A DNA stretch of 53,405 nt, the filler included, from Jimgerdemannia flammicorona (lineage: Eukaryota): the NCBI GenBank assembly GCA_003990765.1. It is 3 parts of 3 records of this genome, joined end to end, with 100 filler letters (N's around TTAATTAATTAA, not from the genome) between each part and the next. Parts side by side here need not be neighbours in the genome. Positions count along the whole stretch, not along the records: positions 35,672 to 53,405 come from RBNJ01002433.1; 2 more parts are not named here. The stretch is one strand, 5' to 3'. Every line of letters starts with the position of its first letter. Positions within the stretch are counted from its first letter, which is position 1. This document shows positions 37,348 to 51,536 of this stretch, piece by piece. Below the pieces are notes generated by a model. That model made no database searches, had not been told where the DNA came from, and saw only the letters and a list, made by a program, of their open reading frames with translations. The position numbers were made by a program, and so were the translations under genes.

Positions 37348-39425
37348 CACAAGTGCTTGAGCACTATATTATCTATTCTAGACTATGTACAGTAAAATGT
37401 TCTCATGCTATAGCAAGAGCTAGCAGCTTAGAAGAAATCAGATATATGTATATAGAGAGTTTTAGAATCTCCAACTTACTCCTCTCTGCCACTCATCCCC
37501 TTTGCTGCACAGACAATATATTCTACTCCAGCCTGCTACTGCACTCCTCTTACCCCCAATATCAGCTGATCTTGGCTTCTAAATTTCTTGAGAGATATAT
37601 CTATTTGTGATATTCTAATACTATTTCTTTAGGCTGATCTAGTCTTTATATCTTTTATCTCATTTTATTTTATTTTCTAACTTTTTTATTAATATTAACA
37701 AAAATTTATATCTTCTATTATTAGTAGTTAATTTATATCTTCTAAATATTTATATCAATTATTAGTCTAATTTTATAAAGCTACTATTTGCTAATGAGAA
37801 TATTAAAGTCAGTTATATTAATTATAAATATATCTACTGAAATAATTATTTCTCTAAACTTGATAAAAATATCTTAAATCTTCTTTACAAATATAGCTCT
37901 TATAGATCTTATTTATTATTATAAATATCAACTTTATAACCTCTTTAATTTTCAAATCTAGATACTCTATAACCTTGTTTTTGAGAGGATATTCTCTTGC
38001 TTCAGTATTAATAATAATTTTAGACATCCTTTCTTCAAGTTAGTAAGTAATATAAATAAAGATTTTACAATTATCTTTACTTTTTTCACTAGAGTCTTTT
38101 TGAGTATTTTTGACTTTTACTGTCTTTCAGTCTTAGTTCTTAGTAGTGTAATAAGCCAGCAGGGAAATATATATATCAAATTATTGTCCAGATTAATTAC
38201 TATAATTTAGCTATATATCATATTAGGTAAACCAGATAACCAAGACTATCCTATAGTATAAAGTTAATAAATAACCCAGATAGTCAAATAAGGGTACAAA
38301 GTTTTCTTAGCTATATATTGTACCAGAGTTTGAAATTTATATTCTTAATAGAAACAGTCAAATATTACCTGAAATAGCAATCTATAGTAAGGTATATAGT
38401 AACTAGATAGTAATTACAATTGTATAAAATATCTCAGAGAATTGAGTAAATAAAGCTTAGTCTGAAAAGTTCTAAATTAAAAGACAAGTCTGTCTAATAT
38501 ACTTTGAGTGATATATCTGCCAAAAACCACTTGATCTAGAAAGGATTATAATACTTAAGAGAAACACTCACTTTATAGTTACTATTTAGAAATTTGAGAG
38601 CTTCCTTTTCTACTCTCATCTACTTTCTAATAGAAAGTCTTTATCACTAAGCTCAAGTAAAGAGCTTTACTACTATTTTTGATAAGTTTGCTAATTTAGA
38701 AAGAATCTATACTATTTAAGTTATATGTATACTTTATTCAAGAAGTCTGCTAAATTTACTATATTATACAAATTTGCCTAATTAGGAAATAATGGTAAAA
38801 TTATCTGTATTATATATGAAATAAAACTTATATCTAATTTAGAGAAAAATTATTAAATATTTTGTTTCTTTTAACAAAGTAACAGAGGCTCAAGCCAATC
38901 TATATAATAGCTCCAATCTTGTAATTTACCTCTATTGAACCAGCACATTATATTTGAGAGCTCAACCAAGAAGATTTCTAAAAATCTGTATAACTTTTCA
39001 GCTTATAAGAACTTAATAGCCAAACTGAATATATTTGATATAATACTAATCTCTGCTATTATAAGAGAATTAGTTATTACTAGTATTTAGATAGAAAAAG
39101 AAGTAATTACCACAAGACTTACCAATTACCCAGTATTAGAAGAATTCCAAAAGGAGACCAGTATAGTATAGAATTCTTAATTAGTATCAGCAGACTTACT
39201 ATCAGGAGATCTGATCCAATTAGATCAACCAGACAATATAGATAACTCTGTTAGAAACTTTAATAAGCTTGTATAAAAATTAGAAAACCTCATTGTATAA
39301 GTCTGATTTCTCTTAAGAGCTCCACTAGTCTCCCTAATTGAACTATTATTAGGATCAGTAACTATAGTATTAGAAGTCAATGTTTCTATGCAACCAATAT
39401 TCAAACCTGAATTGAATATATATAC

Positions 39426-40175
39426 AAAGTATCTTATATACAAAGGTTTGCAGAGTGTGTAGAGTAAATATACAGTGAGTGAATTGTTAAATAAATGAAA
39501 GTATAGTGAAAAGGAGTAATTGGAAATATTAAGCAAAAACCAGAATACAAAAAGGCTAGATGTGGGTTTGGGCTTTTCAAGGCCCACCATTCACATATAT
39601 ATATGAAGGGGCCATTCATCTATTTATTCCAAAAGAGATGGGTGGAAGGAATGTATAAAAATCAATTAAAGATACAAAAATACAATAGAAATATCTGCTT
39701 AATAAAGAGTATGCTTGAAGGTAAAGTAATGAGTGCTGAAGGAAGGAAGTGCATTATGGCTGCTAAAACTAGTATACTTAAAACTGAACTAAATTGGACT
39801 GAAACTGGTATACTTAAAACTGGACTAAATTAGACTGAATAGGAGGCTAAGACTATAAGTGAAACTGAGTTAGGGTGAATTTCATAACTATATGGCTGAA
39901 ATGAATATTACTAGGGTGAATTACAAGACTGTATTACTGAAATGAATATTGCATAGTTCATGCCACTTTGCTGCAGTTTGAACTTCCTTTATAACTCTAT
40001 CAAAGTATCTTGCATATGAGGGTTTGCAGAGTGTATAGAGTAAATATACAGTATGTAGATTGTAAAATAAATGAAAGTATAGTGAAAAGGAGTAATTGTA
40101 AAAACCAGAATACAAAAAGACTAGATGTGGGTTTGGGCATTTTAAGGCCCATCATTTGTATATATATATGAAGAG
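39426..40175. repeat. Direct repeat pair (~180-190 bp; ~39426-39615 and ~40001-40175) with an internal 36-bp duplication; possible LTR relic
   Basis: Both copies share CAAAGTATCTT..GGTTTGCAGAGTGT..AAATGAAAGTATAGTGAAAAGGAGTAATTG..CTAGATGTGGGTTTGGGC..TATATATATGAAG. Confidence 0.7.
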
Positions 40176-40968
40176 ACCAATACTGTAGGCTTGGGAAGTA
40201 GGCAAGACTCCTAAACATAGTGTTTGTACTGCTGATCACTTGTGGGCACCTTTGAACCACCACTGACCAAACCCACAGCCCACCAAAAATTGGATAGAGG
40301 TAGTATTGCCAGAGTTGTCACTATCTGAGACAAAATGTGGTCAAGCTACCAAATGTAATACAGAAAAGCCATGGACTTCCAGTAATCAGTGAGTTGAATA
40401 ACATAGTCCAGGTAACCTGCAGATACAAGAAGGGTGGTGCTACTGATGTGAAAGGAGTGGCCATAAATACTAGTAGCCAAAAAGGTACCAGCTAACCAAC
40501 TTCAAATAGTGTTGATGAACATCAAGTAACACAAAGGCTGAGAGAGACCAATATAGAAAACCAGATCATCCAGATCAGAGGGGCAGATATAAACCATGTT
40601 ATCAATTGCTGAACAGAGATAATCAAAGTCATCAGAGTAACCCAAAAACATATCACTAGAGATGCCAGTTTTGATCTGAGGTAGATATAGAGACCAAAAT
40701 GGCCAAGAGAGTGAAAAGTCCCAGTGCCACTGGAGATGGTACTGATGAGCCAGCCAGGGTGAAAGGGGTGAAGTACTGCCAGGAGATGTCAATTTACCAA
40801 TCTGCATGAAGCCATAGAATGCTGTGCATATAGCTGCTCAAATTGTAGTACCAAATGGTATTTGGAGAGGAAGAGTAGTACAGATAGATTGTAGATATTG
40901 ACAAGTGACTGGGTGGTGCTCAAGAGAGTGAAAGGGTGTAGCGGAGTGGCTCTGAATCAATTTCAAAA

Positions 40969-41813
40969 TCAGGTTGAATGAGAGTAAAGTTGTGTGAAAG
41001 AGAGGAGGGCTCTTCTAGAGTTGTTATTTGATGGCTTATACAATATTTTGTCAAGAATTATATTAATATAGTCATGTCTATTATCTGAGTATATAGTGCA
41101 TATTCTATATCTTGTTTTGTTCTTGGTGATTGCTTTGAATTCTTTAAATTTCTCCAAGGCTTCACTCTTTACTAATAGGAAACATATATGTCTTATATAT
41201 ATAATCATTAATAAATATTAGAAAATATCTCTTACTGGAGTATGATGAGATATTTATTGGACTACATATATCAGTATGGATGAGATCAAGGATCTCCAAG
41301 GCATACTTCAATTGTTCTTCAAATATTTGCTAGGAAGCTTTATTTTTTATATATGCCTTGCAAAAGTTATCCTCTAGATATATATATGCCAGCAATCTAC
41401 TTACTGAGTCACTTCTTATTATATGTTCAAGGCTTGTCTTACTGATATATCCTAAGCATTGATATCATATATTGGACACATCAGATATAGTTGTCATATA
41501 AGCAGAGGTTTTTGCACTATTTAGTATCCCATTGATCATATAAAGATTGCTATGTTTTGAGACTGTCATTAGTGTCTTGTTGTAATTATTACCATACAGA
41601 CCATATATGATGGTGTCTTTCAGATATATATATATATCTCCTTATTACTATGAGCCATCATCTTGCCTATAGAGAAGAGGTTCTTTTCTATCTCTGAAAT
41701 ATTCAGCAGATCTTCAAGAGTAGCAGTAGACTCAATGATATTTCCATGGAGATGTATCCCCTCATTTCCCTTTTCTTGAGCATAGATGACATTATTATCT
41801 CCTAGTTTGATAA
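40969..41813 (-). mobile_element. Ty1/copia pol fragment (protease/beta-barrel, GAG-pre-integrase, integrase core), decayed
   Basis: IKLGDNNVIYA..LEDLL..KNLFSI, YQCLGY (WHxRLGH relic), LDLIHTDICSP and KSEALEKFKEF..TIYSDNRHDY (LRSDNGGEY relic). Confidence 0.82.
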
Positions 41814-43770
41814 TATAACAGTGACCCCTGAATGATGACATCAGTATAGGAGACAGCCTATCTTTACAAGCCACCAGATCAGAGCACAAGAAGATCATAT
41901 GGCATACAAGATGAGCAATGATGACCAACTGTGATTCATTGTGACCACAGTATGGGTATCTTGAGGAATATAAAAGAAGGATCAAGGAACTGCAGTAGCA
42001 GCAACCAATAAGACCCACCAATCCCAAAATAGCTCAAAGACTTACCATAAACAAAATATCTGTTGCTCACCAAACCTCAAGGTCAAGGAACTACCAAGGC
42101 ACCTCAGTTGAAGAAAGGATGTTCCAAGACATCAGAAGAGCCATGAGGATCTACTCAAGAAGGACTCCTAGTGTCAACCTGGGTACTGGTGACCCTTATC
42201 ATTATATTCTCTACTACTGTAAAATGGAAACAAGGATCACTATTGCTACTGAATGCCTCCAAATATGGCAGGAGTACAAAATAGGAAACCTCTTCTGCCA
42301 GGAGTTTCCACAGGCCAGTACTCAAGAGCTACAAGATGCCACTCCCATAGATATATGCAAAACAAGGACAGCTAAGAAGATCTATCAGATCTTCAGGCAT
42401 GCACTATGGTTGATCTTCAACTTGGAGTATGTTAGAGTCTCAGATTTCAGAGACCTGTCAGCCTGCCATATCAATGTACTAGAAGCTAGGGTGGCTACAG
42501 AAGCCCAGTCCACTATCACCCTTGATAGTGATGAAGTAGAAGACTTCTGGCATCCCATCCTCCAGAACAACCTAGACCAATTCCTACAAGAATTGATCTC
42601 AGTATTCCAAGACCCAAGCATCCAGGTTAGACCTCCTCAAGACCCCACATTTGTCCCCTATTTTGTGGAAGAGAACCTCATAGACTAGAGAGCCCCAGAC
42701 CTCCTTGTTCCCACTACTACCAAATGTGATGATGTCATTGGTGATGACATCATCTCGTATGACATATGTGAGACATGCAAAATACATGAAACATATAACC
42801 TATGTGATGATGACAAATTCACAGACCTCATTTTCTTCAAAGACATCCTGACCTCTAATGAGGATGAAGCCTCTATAGTCTTGAACATTCTGCTCTAAAG
42901 TCCTTTGGTGACACTGAATTATTCCAGCACCATTTTCCTATACCACCAAAATTATACCAGCATCCTGAACCTATACAACCATCAGTGCTAACTTTGGAAC
43001 TTAGTAGTTTTTCCTGTCCTGGTATTTTATTTTAGTTATTGGAATTTATATTTAGCTTTATATCTTAGCAACTATTGAATTATATTTTGTATAAATATCT
43101 CTCTTATTTCCTTTGAAATAAAGTCAGTCCACTCAGTATACTCAGTACAATACACACAATTTCTTGCAAGCAGTCTAAGAGATAATAAGACAGTTTAAAG
43201 ATAAGAATTTTGAGGACTATAAGACCTTGGGAAGGCACTCCAATAAGAACTTGCTTATAACAAACTTGAGTTAGTCTAAGAGATACACCTTGAAGAGAAT
43301 CTGGCATATTTGAAGGACTCAGCAACCACTATATAACAACTTGGTGCCCATTGACTGGTGATTCAAGATGAATCCCTCACTTTCAAGCTGAAAAATGAAC
43401 AACCACTACAACAACTACTCTGACTACAAGAGTCACCCCTGCAAGAATTCAAGATAAGATAGAAATATATTCCTCCATATTCTATAGATATACTACTGAA
43501 GAGTTAATCCTGACCTTCATCAAAGACTTTGAACAATTTGCTGCTGTATAAGCTCTTAGTGTAGATGCAAAATTGGCCCTTCTACCAGTCAGCCTCAGAG
43601 GACCTGCCAGAGATAAGTTCAATACAGCTACTATTACTGATAATAGTGCAGCCAAACTTGCCAACTTGAAGGCCTTCTTCAGAATAATATACTATACTGA
43701 AGAGATCAAGTAAGCTCTCAAGGATAAACTCAATACTATCTGCTAGAAATTCAGTAAAGATCCCAACTGT
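41814..43770 (+). mobile_element. Third family-A copy: 5' LTR (41814-43338), PBS (43342) and start of gag, truncated
   Basis: Reverse complement of 10130-12139. It contains ORF 42119..42688, homologous to 3766..4443. The LTR ends TATAACA and is followed by ACT-TGGTGCCC. Confidence 0.92.
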
Positions 43771-45749
43771 CAGAAGGTCATCTATCAATAGAAGACTTAG
43801 ACTAATATATAATTATATATATAAATAAATAATCAATATAATATATAAAATATTATATTATATATAATATCTTATTATCTGAGAGATAATTCAGCAGTTA
43901 GATCATTTTTGTCATCAACTACCACTATTGATTTCTCAGATTCAGCTATATAATTATAAATAATTATTTTATAAATTATATACACAAGAAAAATTAGCAA
44001 TTCTTGAAAAATATATATATCTAACACTAGTATTTCTTGGACAAATAGTTTCATATGAAGTATATTTAAGAATATTGTAATGTGGCTGATTGCAAAACTT
44101 GCAAAGCAGTTCAATAAGAGTGATGACTTGATATTAAAATATCAATATTAGAATTAGTCATACAATATATATTATATTATATTACTTATATATATATAAT
44201 CAATCTTAGCTTTAAATCAGTAGAAAACTTTAAAACTTACTAGAGTTGTTATCCTCCTCAGATACAACAAGTGCAGATGGTAAGGACATTGTGGTTCAGG
44301 CCTCAATATACCATTTCCCCTTACCAAAGAAGCATATCAAGGTCTTGGCATCGAATTTGGTATCAGGTGCATGAAGAGAGTGAAGGATAGTGTGATCCTT
44401 GACCTTGACAAAGTTGTATCCATATATATGGAGATTCTTGTATTGAAATGAAGACAATATATATTCATTAACTACTACAGTACTATCACCATATAAGATA
44501 GTAAATGATGAGATAATAAACTATTTTTTTTTTTTTTAAAATAAAAAAAAGACATATCATATTAGAAAATATTGAAGTTTCACATCAGAACATTAAAATA
44601 ATATATATATTTACCTCATTCATACTCAATAGTATTATATACTTATTTGATATTTTTTCTAGATTATTTCCTGGGATAAGTATTATTTCACCATGACTTA
44701 GACTAAATGGCTTAGATGTCATTTCAAGTCACTTCTACTCTGCCTGAGTTACAGCAGTCTTGATTTATGATCTTTCACCTTAATCAATCCTTATATGCTT
44801 TTCAGTAGAATTGACAGCATGACTGTTAAATAAAAATAAAATAAAAAAAAATAAAATCAATTTTATATATTCAAAATAAGTGAGGCATACTGGTGACAAT
44901 AAACCTACCTCTGATATGGTGCAAATGGCTGCATTCCAATACTAGCAGATGAAAATGAAAGAATATGATTTCTTCCAATATTTTCAATTTCTGTCAAGCC
45001 AAAGTTTGGAGATCCAGTCATATTGCTCATAATGTCAGTAAGTGGGGTGGAAGTAGAGGGTGGATTTGTTAGAGTTGAAGAAGTTACAAAGGTTGAGCTG
45101 ATATATTGTATTTGGCCTACAGTATTGGATGGGAGTGATCTGCTTTCTCTACCCATTATATGGAGAGTTTTAGCCCAAAAATTGAGCTCTCTAATAATTA
45201 AGAAAATAATTTAACAGTAGTTAATGACTATAGTAGTTTAATGCTTAGCTTGAGTATATAATCATTATAAATATACTTTACATAGAGGTATTACTTACAG
45301 CTTGCTGAATAGATTCACTTTGTTGTGGCTACTGGAGGATTTATCATATTTGTGGGTACTGAGCAAGAGCTACCAAATGTTGTAGCAATTCAGGATCCAT
45401 GACCAAATATCAGGAAAGACTTCTGAAATATATTTCTTAAAGAAATGTAAATAATATTTAATTTGTTGGGGGATTTTTGGGGGGTTTTTTTTTGATAGAA
45501 ATTGTCACCTGTGATAGCAATCTATAAATATATACAAAGTTGAAGATTGTCTTCCCAAGTGAAGTCCTTTTCCACATATATATCTCTCAGCAAGAATCTG
45601 AGAGCCTATGACAAGTTTTGTTCACAGAACTGACTTATTACTAACTGTCTCTTTTGTATGTATAATATGTAATATACTCAAATAAATTATATTTACCTGC
45701 TCAGATGCACTAGCAACCAAAGGCTTGGCAGTAGGGTGAATAGAGACTT

Positions 45750-46205
45750 AGTGTTAGAGAAAATGGAACTTAGTGGTAGAGGGGACTATGAAGTGATTGG
45801 AAAATGGAAATATGATATAAGGATTGAAAAATAAAAACTTGATAGTAGAGGAAAGAAACCCTTTTTGCAGAGGACAGAGTGAACTTGTTAGCAGTAGAGG
45901 CAACAGAAACTTTGGTGGTAAAGAGAATGGAAAATGGAAATTTGACAATAGAGAGAAGGAAAACAATAACTTGACAGTGAAAAAAATGGAAAATCAGCAG
46001 TAGAGAGAATAGTGGAGACAGAAACTTTATGAAGAGAATAGAATCTTAGCAAAAGAAATGGAAACTTGGTAAAGAGAATGGAAATTTGGTAAAGAAAATG
46101 GAAATTTAGTAAAGGGAATAGAAGGGAATGGAAATACATTTGGTAAAGGGAATAAAAATTTGATGAAGAGAATAGAAATTTGGCAAAGAGAATAGAAACT
46201 TATAT
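45750..46205. repeat. Degenerate purine-rich tandem repeat (AATGGAAA(C/T)TTGGTAAAGAG-like, ~19-30 bp)
   Basis: Repeated GAATGGAAA / TTGGTAAAG words. Confidence 0.65.
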
Positions 46206-46328
46206 AAGTTGAATCTGATTGATCTTATGGCTAAATGGAATGATTTATAGATATGATGTGTCTTGATAAATGTGATGCATCTTGACACATATGATGTATA
46301 TATAGCCTTGAGTAATGTAAGTATCCAC

Positions 46329-46500
46329 TTTTTTGATCAAATTTCATCAATTCACTTTTTTTGGTCAAATTTCATCAATCTAATTTTTTTTATCAAATAT
46401 TTCATCAATCCAATTTTTTTGGTCAAATTTTTATCATCAATCCAATTTTTTTGGTTAAATTTTTATCATTAATCTATTTTTTTTGATCAAATTTCTTGTC
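46329..46500. repeat. ~28-31-bp tandem repeat, about 6 copies
   Basis: Unit TTTTTT(G)GTCAAATTTCATCAATCCAA. Confidence 0.75.
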
Positions 46501-46689
46501 GATCCATGATTTGATAGTTTTGACCCTGATGGCAAACTATATAGGGGAGCCCCCTCACTGATATCTTCTTTATCATATTGACATACTACTATCAAAGAGA
46601 AAACAATATATTGTTGATATTACAAAAATAATAAAAACTCTTAACTAAATACTCTAAATTTAAACAACTAAAGATATTGAAGAGTAGAA

Positions 46690-49125
46690 TGAGATCTTTG
46701 CAGAAAGTGAGACTGATGAGAAATCAGAAGAGAAAAATATTCAGAAAAATAAATAGAATGAGCTTTTGACTAAGATGCAATCTACTAAATCTGAAAAAAA
46801 AACTCATCTATATATATCTTATACTAGTTTATCTAAAATATTGAAATATTATCAAAAATTATATATAAAAGAATTAGAAGTAGCTGTAATAGAAATATAG
46901 AACATTATTTCATTCTTTCAAAGAACTACAATTTCTGAGACTATAGATACTATAGAGACTATATCTGATAAAAAGTTAAGAGTAGAAAAACAGATAATTA
47001 AAGAAATTGAAAAATATCTTAATAGTTCAAAATCTATCAGTATTGAAGAAAAAGCCAAATTTTAAGCTATTCTTTAATATTTATATCTATATCAAACAAG
47101 AATGATAAAAAGTAATACAAGTTTACAAGTTGCTACTACTAATAGTAAAATAAAATACTAAATATATTGTCTTATTAACTAGATCAAAGAGTATATAGCT
47201 GATAGAAAAATTAAACTATTATACAGAGAAAAACATCTAAAGATTAGAAATCTGTTGACTGAGAATGATATCTATTTAACTATTAGATCTTAACTACATA
47301 CTTATAAATTTGGTATTACTTCTCAAATTTTCTAAAAGAATATTAATGAAGTTATTCTTCCTAGTATTAGAATTTTGAATGAAAAAAAATATAACAATAA
47401 AAAGACTACAACTAGATGACTTCTATTTCTTAGATGAATTTACTCAGAAACAAAGAATAGAGTATATTTTGATAGTTATGAAAGAGTAGATATTATTAAA
47501 TATCATTAAATATTTTTAGAGCAAATGAAGATATATAGAAGATATATGATCTGGATAGCTATTGCTAACTTACTATCAGAGATTTCTGCATCATTATCAA
47601 AAGCTCTATTAAAGGCTCTATTGAATACCCTATCAAAGTCTCTGTTATTATCAACAGAGATATCTGTATTGATATCATTTTTATTGAATTTGAAGGCTCT
47701 ATCAAAGGCTCTGTTATTACTATCAGAGATGTCCATATTAGAATTATCTTTATGGAATTCAAAGGCTCTATCAAAGGCTCTATCATTACTATCAAATATG
47801 TCCACATTGATATCATCTTCATAGATTTCAAAGACTCACTCAAAGGCTCTATTATTGTTATCAAAGATGTCTACATTGATATCATCTTTATGGACTTTGA
47901 AATTGTCATCAGAGATATCTACATTATCATCAAAGGCTATGAAAAGCTCTATTATTACCATCAGAGATATCTGTATCATTATCAAAGACTCCATCAAAAG
48001 CTCTGTTGAGAGGGCTATTAAAGGCTCTATCATTTTTATCAGGAATATCTACATTATTGTTAAAGACTCTATCAAAGACTTTATCAATATCAAAGACCTG
48101 GCTATCAGTATCAACACTACCTTCTTTTAATCTTAAAATCCCTACTCTCTTGGATGATAAGTATCAATTGATAATTTATACTTATGATGAGAGTATTTTT
48201 TACTCATATAATTTTTAGAATATAATCTGATATCTAACTAGAGAAATACTACTATATAAAAAAGATAGAGAAAGATCTATTATAGTTAGTTAATTTATTT
48301 CAGAAGTTGATAGACCATTAAAATATACTTGTAAAGATGGTATAATCTTAGAAGCTAGAGAAATCATCTATTCTGAAAAAAATCATTAGAGTTATTAGAC
48401 TAGTGTAGATATTACTAGCAATTCAAAAAAGCTATAACAATTTATCAGAAAAATTTTCCTAACTATAATGCTTTATAGATATTTTATAACTTATCAAATT
48501 ATGGATATTTTGCTAATACTATACTGCAAGTGAGCAGTATGAATCTTAATTCTGGTAAAAAGAAAGTACTGCTAAGAGATACTATCTTTAATAGTATAAA
48601 ACAAACATGATTTTCTCTGATAACTATTTTAATGAGAATTTGAGAGAACTGGCTAAAGATATAAAGCAAAACTAATAGAGAGAGCTCTTTAGCCAGAGGG
48701 TCTGTTGAAATCTGTGAGAAATGCAAAACATTTACTACTAAAGACTTTATATAATTGAAATACTATACTCAAAGAATTTTGAAGCTATAATCTGATTTTA
48801 AAACTTAAAAGTCTTTATTAGAGAAGATTGCAGAAGAAGGTCAAAATATTATCTTTTATTTAAAGTTTCATTGTAAACTTAACTTTATTGAGATGTATTA
48901 GAGAAAAGCAAAGTAGTATATTAGGAAATATTATAACTATACCTTTAAAAGTCTTTGAGAAATAATATCTATAGCTTTAGATTTAATAAAGCTTATACTT
49001 ATTTAGAAGTTTATAAGAAAAACTTTTAGATATATAAATACTTATAGATAGGAACTTACTGGACTTAAAGTAGAAAGATAGATAAAGAAGTATAAATTAC
49101 ATAGATGGATACCTTTGAATTGAGA
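46690..49125 (+). mobile_element. IS630/Tc1/mariner-type DDE transposase, decayed
   Basis: VYFDSYERVDII..IFLEQM (YFDGHERxDV relic) ~47460, YTYDESIF (HDES relic) ~48180, and IFYLKFHCKLNFIEMY* (PKFHCELNxIE relic) ~48850. Many stops. Confidence 0.78.
47555..48120. repeat. ~69-bp degenerate tandem array inside the transposase relic
   Basis: AAGGCTCTATCAAAGGCTCT recurs (47693, 47762). The minus frame shows 23-aa units such as DISDSNNRAFDRAFKFNKNDINT. Confidence 0.75.
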
Positions 49126-49149
49126 AGATGATAACAATTAGAAAGATAA

Positions 49150-49900
49150 ACTGAGACCAAGATTCTCTTTGAAAACCCCTTTGCCACCAACTTTCATTTG
49201 CTATCTTTACTGAGATCTCTCTTTACTGCTATCTTCTCTTCACTATTTTCACTGTTACTGAGGTCTCCTTTGAGATTCTCTTTGTTATTCTTACCAAGAA
49301 CTCCTTAGCTATCATCTTCACTGAGAGAACTCCTTTGCTATTATCTTTACTGAGAATTTCTTTATCTTGAGATCTCCTTTGCTATCTTTATTTAGAACTC
49401 CTTTACTATTGTTTTAACTGAGATCTATCTTCACTGCCTTTGGGAACTCCATCTTTACTGAGAGAACTTCTTTGCTACTGTCTTCACTACAAACTCCTTT
49501 TTCACTGAGATCTCCTTTACTATCTTCACTGAGAGCTTACTACTATTTTAACTAAGATTCATCTTCACTATTTTTGAGAACTCTATCTTCACTAAGAGAA
49601 CTCCATTACTATCATTTTCAATGAGATCTCCTTCTTGATTCTCTCTACTATCTTCACCAAGAACCCCTTCACTACTTTTTTTTCTAAGATCTATATTAAG
49701 ATCTCTTTTGAGAACTATTTTATTATTATCTTTACTGAGATCTCCTTCAAGATCTCCTTTGTTATCTTCACCAAGAACCCTTCACTGCCATTTTCACTGA
49801 GATCTATATTCACTGCCTTTGAGAACCCCTCTTTGCCACTATCTTTACTTCACTATCTTCTCTACTACCAAGATCTCTGCTCATCTGAAAATCTCCATTA
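49150..49900. repeat. Degenerate ~20-26-bp tandem repeat (CTATCTTCACTGAGATCTCCTTT-like)
   Basis: Dozens of variants of ATCTTCACT / GAGATCTCCTT / AGAACTCC. Confidence 0.75.
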
Positions 49901-51536
49901 TCTCTGCAAAAATACCTGGAAATTTGATACAATTTGATATAGAGATTTACATACTAAAGGTAGATGTCTCTGTGAAATTATATTAAATTTGGACATGTAA
50001 TTGTTAAGATAATGAAGTTTTTGTATTCAAGTTTCCTATGACCGCTTTTCTTTGAGTTCCAATTTTTTCTGATACATCTGAAAAGTGACCAACTTTAAAA
50101 GAATAGACCTTTATATTCTGCTGTCTAAATGAAAAAAGGGCATCATACTTTTGTAGATAAATGACTAGAAAACAAAAGTATGAAGGAAGTTTTTTAATAT
50201 CTTTTGGTCGTGACTAGATGTCCCGCACTGTAAGCCACAAATTGTGCGATTGCCAATTGTCCATATTGTAATTACGTATTATTAGATAATAAATACGTTC
50301 TAGACGGATTCGCTCATGAACGTTTCCTTTTCCTCTGGTCTGAGCTTATTTGCCATTGGATAGTTCATAGACAAATTTGAGCGCACAGCTGATGAGTAAT
50401 AAGATCGTTTGACTATTTTGGGTCGATAGTGCGCGGAGTTATCAAGATTTGGATTTTTCAGTCTCCTTTCGTGTTTGGCACTATTTGCATCATACCATGT
50501 CCATACTGGGATCGCACACCAAGCGAGTCGCAGCCAGGAAAACCACGTACCAACCCTCGTTCTATGACAAATACTTGCATATGGAGGATCACGGACATCG
50601 AGGTCCTCGGTTGAAACCGTGACGGTTGATAGGTACATAATCATTACTAGCTTAATGTTTTTATTGCAGTTTTGGTGGTGGCAAGGACACCAAAAAATCA
50701 GCATAGCGGAGTTTGGTTTGGAATGTGTTTCTATTTCATGTTTTTTTTTTGGGGGGGGGAACGACGGATCATGCGAAAAGGCTCCTACTCAGATGGAAAA
50801 CCCGAGCACGTGGCACGTTGCCGTCCTTTATTGCTAATTCATATACAATATATGGAATACATATATAATATATGAAATTGGCTTCCGGCTTTCGGCTTTC
50901 GGCGACGGAGGGTTTTCATGTGCAAAATCGGATGCTGCCATACCAAGCCACCGATGTTACGGTGATTGCGATCGTCGCTCCTGCCCCTTTTGACGGGTTT
51001 CTCTTGGTTGGCTTGCTCGGGGGGTGTTGGCTGCATATGGGAAGTGAGGGGGACAGGACTGAATGGCCGACTGGTTACTATGGAGCAGCTCGCACATGCG
51101 TTCATATACAACGTGGGCCTCATGTTCCGCAATATATTGGCCCGAGCGAAGGGATGAACATTTTTGGGCGAACCTGTGAAACACGTGATTGCAAATCGAA
51201 CCCTTTTTTTTATTAATATCTCTCTCTCTTCAACCTTCTACGAGTTGTAAAGCCCACATCTTTTCGGAGTCTGCTTGATCAAGGCGTTCTTCCATCTCCC
51301 CCTCTGTCACTCGCCCTCCCTTCCTTCCACTCCCTATCTTCCCCACCCTTCCCTTATTCGTTACCCGTCACCCATATTTAGATCGCCGCTCACTTCTTTT
51401 ACTTTCCCACCACCCTGACCTTACGCCACCTGCCATTCATGAAGTAACGAGTGAGCAACACTCTTAACTCTACCACACCCACAGCACAACACCCGCATGT
51501 CAAACAACACACATACACACACACACTCACCAAAGC

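Noticed and set aside
38100..39380. CpG-depleted, codon-like decayed stretch
   Set aside because: Probably another TE relic, but no motif could be recognised to classify it.
50300..51216. Cluster of overlapping short ORFs upstream of the GPAT gene
   Set aside because: No recognisable homology or consistent exon structure. Likely promoter or intergenic sequence.
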